A stretch of DNA of 64,000 nucleotides. Origin: Candidatus Spongiisociaceae bacterium (GTDB lineage: Bacteria; Actinomycetota; Acidimicrobiia; Spongiisociales; Spongiisociaceae). The stretch's first letter is position 1. Each line of letters opens with the position of its first letter. This document shows, in pieces, positions 48,117-56,135 of this stretch. A program made the translations under genes and the position numbers. A model generated the notes under the pieces. That model did no database searches. It was not told the origin of the DNA and saw only the letters and a list, made by a program, of their open reading frames with translations. Location: contig OZ241841.1 of the NCBI GenBank assembly GCA_965202665.1, positions 288,001 through 352,000 on the forward strand. The letters run 5' to 3'.

Positions 48117-50306
48117 ATGACCCAAACCCGGCCCCCTGCCCCCGGCGCCCTGCTGGGGGAAATCCTGCCCGCGGAGGAACGGGCCATCGAGTCGGTGGTG
48201 GCCCGCTACCAGCGGGTGTCGGGAGCGGTGACCCGGGTGGCCCGCGCCCTCACCGGCCGGGAGGATCTGCGGGTGACGCTGGGTTCGTCCAGCCGGGCGG
48301 AGGGGGACGAAGTGGTGATCGACCCCGGACTTTTCCAGGCGGCGTACGGGCGGCGGGCCCCGGTCACCCCGGAGGAAACAGCCCTGGCTTCCGCCTTGCA
48401 CGAGGTGATCCATTTGGTGTCCACCGACTTGGAGGAAACCCGCCCCCCGCCGCCCGACTGGGAACCGGAAGCCGACGGGGAGCCGATGACCCTGCTGGAG
48501 GCCCTGCACGAGGCGGGCGGCCCCCCGGCCGAGGCCCTGTTTTTCGCAGTGGAGGACGCCCGCCAGGAAAACCAGGGGCTGGCCGCCTACCCGGGGGCCT
48601 GCTCGGTGCTGGAGGATCTGTACCGGGCGGCGCTGAACGATGGACTGCGGGGGCGGGGGGCGGGGGCCCAGTTCGCGGTGGCATGTTTCATGCTGGTGGG
48701 CGGCTACGCCGACCCCGGCTTTTTGAACCCCCTCCTGCAATCGGAAGTGGCGGAAGCCCTGGGGGAAGCCGCCCCGTTGCTGGCCGCGGCCGCCGCCGCC
48801 GCCGACCCGTGGGAGACGGCCGGGCTGGCTTTGAAGTTGCTGGAAATAGCCCGCCGCCGCGGTTTGGCGTCGGCGGGAGGCGGGGAGGGCGGCGAAGGCG
48901 GGGACCGGCGGCGGCAGGAGGCGGAGCGGGAGGCGATGGCCGACGGCTTGGACCGGGTCCGCCTGCTGTCCCCGGTGGTGTCCGACGCCGACTCCTATGA
49001 GGAAACCCGGCGGGGCGGGGAGGCGATGGAATCCAGCAACGGGGACCGCCGCGAGCAGGCCGAGCGGGCGGGCGAGGAAGGCGCCGAGCAGTTGCTGACC
49101 GTCAGCCAGGCCCCGCTGGTGTACCTGCCCACCGGCCAGAGCGGCAAGCTGGTGGTGGGTCCGGTGCCCGACTCTTTCCGGGGGTTCGCCTCCCAGGGAA
49201 GGGCGGCCCTCATGGAAGCGGCCCGTTCCTGGCAGGTGGATCAGCACCGGGTGTCGGGCGAGCTGTTTCCGCTGTTCGCGGCCAACCAGCGGCGGGGGTT
49301 GCGTTCCGGCTACGACGCGGGCGACCTGTCCCCCTATTCGGCCCTGTTGCTGGGGGGCGGCCTCTATCAGCGGATGTTCGAACGGCGCTCCCGTTCCACC
49401 CGCCGTTCCTACGCGGTGAGCGTGCTGGTGGACGGTTCGGCCTCCATGTTGCAGCCCCGGCGCCTGGCTTCCGCCGGCGACCGGCAGCCGTGGGGCCTGT
49501 CGGCGGCCATGCTGGGGGCGTGGACGTTGGCGGCGATGTGCAACGAGTTGCAGGTGGATTTCGAAGTGTCCCTGTTCAACCGGGCTTTCGCCGCCAAAGC
49601 GGACGACACCGAATGGTCCTATTCCCGGCGCCGGAGCACCGCCGCCGGCCAACTTCGGCAAAGCCGGGGGGAGGCTGCCAAACGGCTCACTTCCACCGTC
49701 AACCACTATTTGCTGTCCACCTTCGATCAGCCGTGGCGGCGCGCCGAGGACGTGCTGGCCGGGCTGTTCTGGGCGGCGGCCCGCACCGGGGAGGCGAACA
49801 TGGCCGCCCGCCGCGCCCCCCGGGAGTGCGCCCCGGTGTCCATGTTCGAAAACGCGGCCAACGTGGACGAGTTCAACCTGACCTACGCCGCCGGGCGGCT
49901 GTCCGCCCATCGCGCCCGGGTGTCGGTGATGGTGGTGCTGGCCGACGGGATGACGCGGGGGTCGGTGGAGAACCTGTCCCGGGCGGTGGCGGAAATAGAC
50001 GGCTTGGGGATCACGGTGCTGGGAATCGGAGTGGGGGACGATACGGTGGTGGCCGCCTACCCCCGGCATCAGGTGGTGACGCGCCCCAATGAGCTGGCCG
50101 CTTCCATGGTGGACGGGGTGCGGCTGGCCCTGCGGCGGGGCTTGGCCCTGTTCGGGGAGGACCGCTGGTGGAGCGGGGCGTGCCGGGCCGGAACCGGGGA
50201 GGCCGCCCGCCCCGGGGCGGTCGACGGCCGGCCCCTGCCTCCGGGCGGCCGGATGCGCCCCCCCGGCCGCCTATCATCCGGGCGGGCGGCGGAACCGATC
50301 CGCTGA
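48117..50306 (+). CDS. CobT/NorD-like VWA protein with N-terminal HExxH motif
   Basis: LHEVIH, VEDAR.E, MIDAS VLVDGSASM, VLADG, VLGIGVG. Confidence 0.75.
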   Translation: MTQTRPPAPGALLGEILPAEERAIESVVARYQRVSGAVTRVARALTGREDLRVTLGSSSRAEGDEVVIDPGLFQAAYGRRAPVTPEETALASALHEVIHLVSTDLEETRPPPPDWEPEADGEPMTLLEALHEAGGPPAEALFFAVEDARQENQGLAAYPGACSVLEDLYRAALNDGLRGRGAGAQFAVACFMLVGGYADPGFLNPLLQSEVAEALGEAAPLLAAAAAAADPWETAGLALKLLEIARRRGLASAGGGEGGEGGDRRRQEAEREAMADGLDRVRLLSPVVSDADSYEETRRGGEAMESSNGDRREQAERAGEEGAEQLLTVSQAPLVYLPTGQSGKLVVGPVPDSFRGFASQGRAALMEAARSWQVDQHRVSGELFPLFAANQRRGLRSGYDAGDLSPYSALLLGGGLYQRMFERRSRSTRRSYAVSVLVDGSASMLQPRRLASAGDRQPWGLSAAMLGAWTLAAMCNELQVDFEVSLFNRAFAAKADDTEWSYSRRRSTAAGQLRQSRGEAAKRLTSTVNHYLLSTFDQPWRRAEDVLAGLFWAAARTGEANMAARRAPRECAPVSMFENAANVDEFNLTYAAGRLSAHRARVSVMVVLADGMTRGSVENLSRAVAEIDGLGITVLGIGVGDDTVVAAYPRHQVVTRPNELAASMVDGVRLALRRGLALFGEDRWWSGACRAGTGEAARPGAVDGRPLPPGGRMRPPGRLSSGRAAEPIR

Positions 50307-51322
50307 TGGGAAAGAAAGCGACCGTGTCCGACGAAGTTACCTTCACCGACCCGTCCGGCGCGGGCCAGCCGATCGTTTTGGAACGGTTCGCCCTCCCGGC
50401 GCGGGGGTTGGCCGACCTGTCCCACCGCCGAGGGAAAATCCCCTCCCCCGATCCGCATTACGTGGATGTGGGGATGCTGTACCGGTTCGCGGCGGTGGAG
50501 GCCGTCCGCCGGGCCGAGCCGCCGGGAACCGTCCCCCTCCATTTGGCGGTGCGGGGCCATATGGGCACCGGCAAAGACCACGACATCGAGCAGTTCGCGG
50601 CCCTGCTGGGCTTGCCCTATTACCGCATTCCGCTCACCGGGGAGGTGCGTGACATCACCCTCATCGGGTCGGTCAAATTGTACGGGGACGGGAAGGGCGG
50701 CACCGAAAGTCGCTGGGAGGACGGCGACATCACCCGCGCCCTGCGCGGGCCGGCCCTGGTCAACCTGTCCGAGTTGAACGCGGCCGGGGCGGAAACCCTG
50801 TTCGCTTTGCACAGCCTGCTGGACCGCTACGGGGCCCTGGACTTGCCCACCGGGGAGTCGGTGCCGTTGCGGGGCGACGTGCGGCTGTTCGGGACGATGA
50901 ACCCCACCGACCTGCGCGACTACGCCGGCACCCAGACTTTGAACAAGGCCTTCGCCGACCGGTGGGTGATCTGGGAGAAGAGTTTCCCCACCGCCGACGA
51001 GATTAAAGCCATGTTGCGGCGGCGCTACCGGGGGTTGGACGATGAATACATCGGCCACATCTGCCGCCTGGCCTCCGAAGTGAACGATTCTTTTACGGCC
51101 GCCGACCCGGCCGGGCGGGTGGAGACTCCGATGAGCCTGCGCACCGTGCTGGACCGCCTCCCCGCCGGGCTGCTGATGTTCGCCGACCGGCCCGACCCGT
51201 TGCGTTCCGCCTGGGAGACGATGGTGCTGCCCCACATCGACTCCTATGACGTGGACCACTACGAGACGGTGTGGTCGGCCTGCGTTCGGAAAGGCCCCGG
51301 CCATCCCCCGTTCGCTTCCTGA
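50306..51322 (+). CDS. MoxR/CobS/NorQ-clade AAA+ ATPase
   Basis: GHMGTGKD, W.DG.IT.A, LVNLSELN, FGTMNP, YAGT..LNKAFADRW; TGATG overlap. Confidence 0.85.
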   Translation: MGKKATVSDEVTFTDPSGAGQPIVLERFALPARGLADLSHRRGKIPSPDPHYVDVGMLYRFAAVEAVRRAEPPGTVPLHLAVRGHMGTGKDHDIEQFAALLGLPYYRIPLTGEVRDITLIGSVKLYGDGKGGTESRWEDGDITRALRGPALVNLSELNAAGAETLFALHSLLDRYGALDLPTGESVPLRGDVRLFGTMNPTDLRDYAGTQTLNKAFADRWVIWEKSFPTADEIKAMLRRRYRGLDDEYIGHICRLASEVNDSFTAADPAGRVETPMSLRTVLDRLPAGLLMFADRPDPLRSAWETMVLPHIDSYDVDHYETVWSACVRKGPGHPPFAS

Positions 51323-51349
51323 ACGCCCGGTCGGCAAACGGGGGCGGAG

Positions 51350-52234
51350 ATGAGCGGGCGGGCCGCGGCGGTGGACATCGGCACCAACAGCGTCCGGTTG
51401 CTGATCGCCGAGCCGGATGCGGGGGCGGACGGCGGGTTGGCGGATGTGATGCGCCGGGAGGAGGTAACCGGCTTGGGGCGGGGGGCGGACGGCTCCGGGC
51501 GGCTGGACCGGACGGCAATGGAGCGCACCGCGGAGGCCCTGGCCGAATACGGGGGGGAGATTCGCCGGGCGGGTGCGGAGCGGGTGCGGGCGGTGGCCAC
51601 CGCCGCCGTCCGGGACGCCCCCAACCGGGAAGAGTTTTTGGAGTCGGCGGCCGGGGCGTTGGGTTTGCGGCCGGAGTGCGTCACCGGGGAGGAGGAGGGA
51701 CGGCTGGCCTTTGCGGGGGCGACCCTGGGTTCGGCCGACCCGGAGCGGACGACGGTGGTGGACATCGGCGGGGGCAGCACCGAGTTCATCACCGCCGCGC
51801 GGTGCGTTTCGGCGGACATCGGTTCGGTGCGTTTGACGGAGCGGCTCCTGCCCGGCCATCCGGCCACGGAGGATCAGGTCATCGCCGCCAAAATGACCGT
51901 CGCCTCCCTGTTCAACCATCTCCGCCCGCCGGTGCGGGAACGGGTGACGGGGGCGGCCGGAACTTGGACCAGCTTGGCTTCCATCCTGGTTTATCCGGCG
52001 GGAGCGGACGGGGCGGAGGTGGGTTTGACCGACCTGCTGGGGCTGATCGACCGCTTAGCGGGGATGACTTTGGAGGAGAAAAGGAGAATTCCCGGGCTGG
52101 ACCCGAAACGGGCCCCGGTGATCCTGGGCGGGGCGGTGACCGCGGCGGGGGCCTTGCAGGCGATGGGTCGCACTGAGGCGGCGGTTTCCGCCCGCGACCT
52201 GTTGGACGGGGCGGCGCTTTCGTTGCTCGGCTGA
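51350..52234 (+). CDS. Ppx/GppA exopolyphosphatase family
   Basis: AAVDIGTNSVRLLI, VATAAVRDA.N, GEEEG, VDIGGGSTE, IGSVRLTER. Confidence 0.92.
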   Translation: MSGRAAAVDIGTNSVRLLIAEPDAGADGGLADVMRREEVTGLGRGADGSGRLDRTAMERTAEALAEYGGEIRRAGAERVRAVATAAVRDAPNREEFLESAAGALGLRPECVTGEEEGRLAFAGATLGSADPERTTVVDIGGGSTEFITAARCVSADIGSVRLTERLLPGHPATEDQVIAAKMTVASLFNHLRPPVRERVTGAAGTWTSLASILVYPAGADGAEVGLTDLLGLIDRLAGMTLEEKRRIPGLDPKRAPVILGGAVTAAGALQAMGRTEAAVSARDLLDGAALSLLG

Positions 52235-52267
52235 CCGGGAGAGCCGCCCGCCCCGCCGGGCGCGCCC

Positions 52268-52480
52268 TTAGTGAATAAGCAACCGGCCCGTCGGGTTGAC
52301 CAGGGCGGGGGCGATGGCGGACATGTCCTCCATCTCCGGGTGGTCGCCCCACGCGGAGTCGGCGTGGTGGTCGGCGTGCCAGTGGTCATGGACGTCGTGG
52401 TGGGGTATCCCCAACGGACGTTGCAAAGACCGGGACAGGGTGAGTCCGATCCGCCTTCTGAGGTCTCGTTCGATCAGCAT
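52268..52480 (-). CDS. 70-aa His-rich small protein, hypothetical
   Basis: AAAGGAG RBS; HHDVHDHWHADHHAD. Confidence 0.55.
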   Translation of the reverse strand: MLIERDLRRRIGLTLSRSLQRPLGIPHHDVHDHWHADHHADSAWGDHPEMEDMSAIAPALVNPTGRLLIH

Positions 52481-52746
52481 CGCGCTTCGTCTCCTTTCGC
52501 CCAAACGAAGAAACCGGACGATACCCTACCCGAATGCCGGGGACGGGGGGCGGATTTCCCCCGCCTAGCCGACGCGGCCCCGCGGGACGGCCCCCCGCCG
52601 CCCGCCCAAACCGGGCCGGCACCCGCCTGACCAGGCAAAACAAGGGGGTGTTTTTTGTCACGGAAGTAGGCTATATTGAAAATAGCGGGACAAACGAAGC
52701 GGACGGAGGCAACCAAGCCGCCCCTGGGGCGGAAAGGAGTCACAAG

Positions 52747-53007
52747 ATGGCCAAAAACAAGGCCGCGCGCCTGGCCAGAAAGGCCGCGCGCAAAAGGAAA
52801 AGGGAGTTCGCCCGGGCGAATAAGTTGTTCCTCCGTTCACTCAACTCGGGGGTTCCCATTTCTATTTTGATGCCCGACACCCCCGTACACCCCAATCCCC
52901 CCTGTGCGTTGCTGAACCCCCCGTACAAGACCAAACCTCCCAGCCGGTCAAAATCCAAGGAGGAGACCCGATATTGCCGCACACGACGCTGGGTTTGCAA
53001 ACCGTAA
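52747..53007 (+). CDS. Small basic hypothetical protein (86 aa)
   Basis: GAAAGGAG RBS; MAKNKAARLARKAARKRKR. Confidence 0.55.
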   Translation: MAKNKAARLARKAARKRKREFARANKLFLRSLNSGVPISILMPDTPVHPNPPCALLNPPYKTKPPSRSKSKEETRYCRTRRWVCKP

Positions 53008-53045
53008 TAAGCAGGCAAGTAAATCCCGTTTCAGAAAGGAAGGCG

Positions 53046-53306
53046 ATGTTCAACCGTAAGCCCAAAATGGGCTCACGCTCACAGCGGAGTTCCAGACGCG
53101 AACGTCTGCGCTCCAAGCGGGAATATCGGCGACGCCAGCACTTTGAGCCGAAAGGCGCGCAAGTGGTGCCAATAGTGCCGGTCACCGTTAAAACGGACGC
53201 TCCGTCCGCTATTCCATTGCCTCCCCTGCAAGAGGATACAGATCAGGCAACAGCAAATACTACCTCCCTAGAGACCAAGTTGTTATACCCAAAAAGAGAA
53301 TGGTAA
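53046..53306 (+). CDS. Small basic hypothetical protein (86 aa)
   Basis: GAAAGGA RBS; Arg-rich N-terminus. Confidence 0.55.
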   Translation: MFNRKPKMGSRSQRSSRRERLRSKREYRRRQHFEPKGAQVVPIVPVTVKTDAPSAIPLPPLQEDTDQATANTTSLETKLLYPKREW

Positions 53307-53399
53307 GTGATGGTGTTATATGAGGAGCACGGCCGTGGGACATCATCTCAGCCGCGAGGCGAAGCGGCGAACATGATGGGCGGAGGAAGGTGAGTCGTC

Positions 53400-54470
53400 A
53401 TGGGCGGGTATGACACGGGGCGGGAGGAGTTGGACCGTCTGATTGGGCGGGTCGTGGCCGCGGCCGGGGAGGGGGGGCATCCGGATCTGATCGCCGAAAT
53501 CATCACCACCGCCGTGAAACTGCATCGGGACGGGGCGGACAAAGGCGAGTTGAAACTGTTCAACGCCGCCCTCAAGGAAATGCGCTACTCGTCGCTGGTG
53601 TTCAACAATGCGGGCGAAATCCCCAAACTGACCATCTTCGGTTCGGCCCGCACCGCGCCCGACCATCCCGACTACCGGCTGGCCGGCGACCTGGCCGGGC
53701 ATATGCGCCAACTGGGCTGGATGGTGGTTACCGGGGCCGGGCCGGGAATCATGGAGGCGGGCAACCGGGGGGCGGGGCCGGGCGGGTCGTTCGGGGTGAA
53801 CATCCGCCTCCCCTTCGAAGCATCCGTCAACCCTTATATCGATCCGGAGCTGATCATCAACTTCAAATATTTTTTCACCCGCAAACTGGGGTTCGTGAAA
53901 GAGTCGCACGCCTTCGCCATCTTCCCGGGCGGGTTCGGCACGATGGACGAGGCTTTCGAACTGCTGACTCTCATCCAAACCGGCAAAGCCCCCGTCCAGC
54001 CGGTGGTGATGATGGAAGCGGAAGGCGGGTCCTACTGGGAGCACTGGCAGCGGTTCGTGTCGGAGCAACTGGCGGCGGGCGGAATGGTCGGCGAAGATGA
54101 CCGGCACCTGTACCGCTTCACCCATCGGGTGGAGGAGGCCGCCGGGGAAATATGCGACTTCTACCGTAATTACCTTTCGCAACGGCGGGTGGGTTCCATG
54201 CTGGTGTTGCGCCTGCGCCATGCCCCCTCCGACGAACAGGTGGAACTTTTGAACAACGAGTTCGGCCATCTGGCCCCCGGCGGGCGCATCGTGAAGATGG
54301 AACCGACCGCGGCCGAGCGGCGGGACGGCGACCTGTTGCATTGCGCCCGGCTGGGCCTGCCTTTCTCCGGCCGCCGCTACGGGATGCTGCGGGCGATGAT
54401 CGACCGCATCAACTCTTTCCCCGCCGAAGACGAAGGCTATACCGGCCCGCTCCCCCGCCCGCTTTCGTAA
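53400..54470 (+). CDS. LOG-family (TIGR00730-like) protein, long form
   Basis: IFGSART, TGAGPGIMEAGN.GA, FKYFFTRK, PGGFGTMDE. Confidence 0.92.
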   Translation: MGGYDTGREELDRLIGRVVAAAGEGGHPDLIAEIITTAVKLHRDGADKGELKLFNAALKEMRYSSLVFNNAGEIPKLTIFGSARTAPDHPDYRLAGDLAGHMRQLGWMVVTGAGPGIMEAGNRGAGPGGSFGVNIRLPFEASVNPYIDPELIINFKYFFTRKLGFVKESHAFAIFPGGFGTMDEAFELLTLIQTGKAPVQPVVMMEAEGGSYWEHWQRFVSEQLAAGGMVGEDDRHLYRFTHRVEEAAGEICDFYRNYLSQRRVGSMLVLRLRHAPSDEQVELLNNEFGHLAPGGRIVKMEPTAAERRDGDLLHCARLGLPFSGRRYGMLRAMIDRINSFPAEDEGYTGPLPRPLS

Positions 54471-54552
54471 CCCGCCCCAACGCCCGGCGCGTCCGCCCGC
54501 CGTCAGCCCCCGCCAAATTGTTAGTAATCCGCCAAACCTGTAAAATGGCCCC

Positions 54553-55290
54553 GTGAGGCAAATACTTTCCGATCTGGTGGCGGAACAACAACATCTGGAC
54601 CAGTTCCTGCAGCAAATCAACATTCGCAACTGGTCGCTGGAAACTCCGGCGGAGGGCTGGGACATCCGGGACACGGTTTCCCATTTGGCCCACATTGAAG
54701 AGTACGCCGGCGACGCCCTGAACGGGAGCGGCTCCCGCCTGGACGAGTTGGACGACTACCGGGATTTGAACGAGTTGACCGAAGCGGGGGTGCGCCGGGG
54801 CCGGAACATGCGCCCGCAGGATGTGATCGAATGGTGGCGGCTGGAGCGGGCCAAAGTGGTGGAGGCCCTGAGCCGAACCAAAGCCCGGGAACGGGTGCCC
54901 TGGTTTTTCGGGGACATGTCGGCCCGCAGTTTCGCCACTATGCGCCTGGCCGAAACCTGGGCCCACGGCCTGGACGTGTACGCGGCGGTGGGCGAGGAAG
55001 CGGAAGATTCGGAACGGTTGCAACATGTGCTGTTGCTGGCGCAGATGAGCCTGCCGTGGGCTTTCCGGATGGCGGGCTTCGACTACGACCAAGCGGTTCG
55101 GTTGGAGGGAATAGGGCCCATGTACGCCAAATACGTGGCTGGCCCGGAAGACACCGACCAGCTGATCCGGGGGCCGGTGGGGGAAATCTGCCGTATCGCC
55201 CTGCAACGGCTGGACCCTGATGACGCCGAAAACCTGATAGTCAAGGGGGACACGGCCGCCGCCGCCGTGCAAGTAATGCGCACCTATTAA
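54553..55290 (+). CDS. Mycothiol-dependent maleylpyruvate isomerase (MDMPI) family protein
   Basis: TPAEGWDIRD.VSHLA, RLAETWAHGLD. Confidence 0.85.
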   Translation: MRQILSDLVAEQQHLDQFLQQINIRNWSLETPAEGWDIRDTVSHLAHIEEYAGDALNGSGSRLDELDDYRDLNELTEAGVRRGRNMRPQDVIEWWRLERAKVVEALSRTKARERVPWFFGDMSARSFATMRLAETWAHGLDVYAAVGEEAEDSERLQHVLLLAQMSLPWAFRMAGFDYDQAVRLEGIGPMYAKYVAGPEDTDQLIRGPVGEICRIALQRLDPDDAENLIVKGDTAAAAVQVMRTY

Positions 55291-55331
55291 ACGGGCCGCC
55301 CCGCACCCGTTTAGACGGGCCGCCCCGCACC
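55289..55331. repeat. 17-bp direct repeat (period 24) overlapping a weak hairpin
   Basis: acgggccgccccgcacc at 55291 and 55315; aaacggg/cccgttt arms. Confidence 0.7.
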
Positions 55332-55355
55332 GGTCGGCACGCCCGGAGGACGACG

Positions 55356-56132
55356 ATGGGTGATTTGTTTATGGTCGGGATGGTCCATCTGGGCCCGCTC
55401 CCCGGCTCCCCCCGCTATACCGGCGACTTCCCGCAGGTGCTGGAACAGGCGGTCGCCGATGCGGCCATCCTGCAGGAAACCGGGTGGAATGCGGCGTTGG
55501 TGGAAAACTTCGGAGACGCCCCTTTCTACGCCGATGACGTCCCGGACATTACGGTGGCGGCGATGACCCGGGCGGTGGCGGAGGTGCGGCAGGCGGTAAC
55601 CATCCCGGTGGGGGTGAACATGTTGCGCAACGATGCGCAGGCGGCCCTGGCGGTGACGGCGGCCTGCGGAGGAAGTTTCATCCGGGTGAATGTGCTGTCG
55701 GGGACGATGTTCACCGACCAGGGAATAATCGAAGGCAAAGCGGCCGAGTTGTCCCGCCTGCGCCGCACCCTGGGAGCGGAAGTGGAATTCTGGGCGGACG
55801 TGTTCGTAAAACACGCCGTCCCGCCCCCCGGCACAGAAATAGGAGCCGCCGCCAAAGACCTGTGGGAGCGAGCCGGGGCCGACGCCCTGATAGTGTCCGG
55901 CCCCGCCACCGGCCATCCGCTAAACGACCAGGACCTACGCCAGGTGCGGCAGGCCCTCCCCCAAGCCCGCCTAATAGCCGGTTCCGGAGTAACCCCCGCC
56001 AACATAACCGCCCTAACCCCCCACATAGACGGAGCCATAGTAGGAACCGCCCTAAAACAAGAAAACCAACCCCAAAACCCAATAGACCCCACCCAAGCCC
56101 AAACTATAATAAAAGCCGCCCACCCCCGCTAA
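55356..56132 (+). CDS. BtpA/SgcQ family protein
   Basis: GMVHL.PLPGSP, VENFGDAPF, GVNMLRND, FIRVNV, ADVFVKH, IVSG.ATG. Confidence 0.92.
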   Translation: MGDLFMVGMVHLGPLPGSPRYTGDFPQVLEQAVADAAILQETGWNAALVENFGDAPFYADDVPDITVAAMTRAVAEVRQAVTIPVGVNMLRNDAQAALAVTAACGGSFIRVNVLSGTMFTDQGIIEGKAAELSRLRRTLGAEVEFWADVFVKHAVPPPGTEIGAAAKDLWERAGADALIVSGPATGHPLNDQDLRQVRQALPQARLIAGSGVTPANITALTPHIDGAIVGTALKQENQPQNPIDPTQAQTIIKAAHPR

Positions 56133-56135
56133 CCT

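Noticed and set aside
47883-51919. Long antisense ORFs (728 and 616 aa) and many similar shadow ORFs in the window
   Set aside because: Typical high-GC antisense or alternative frames of well-supported genes, with no motifs.
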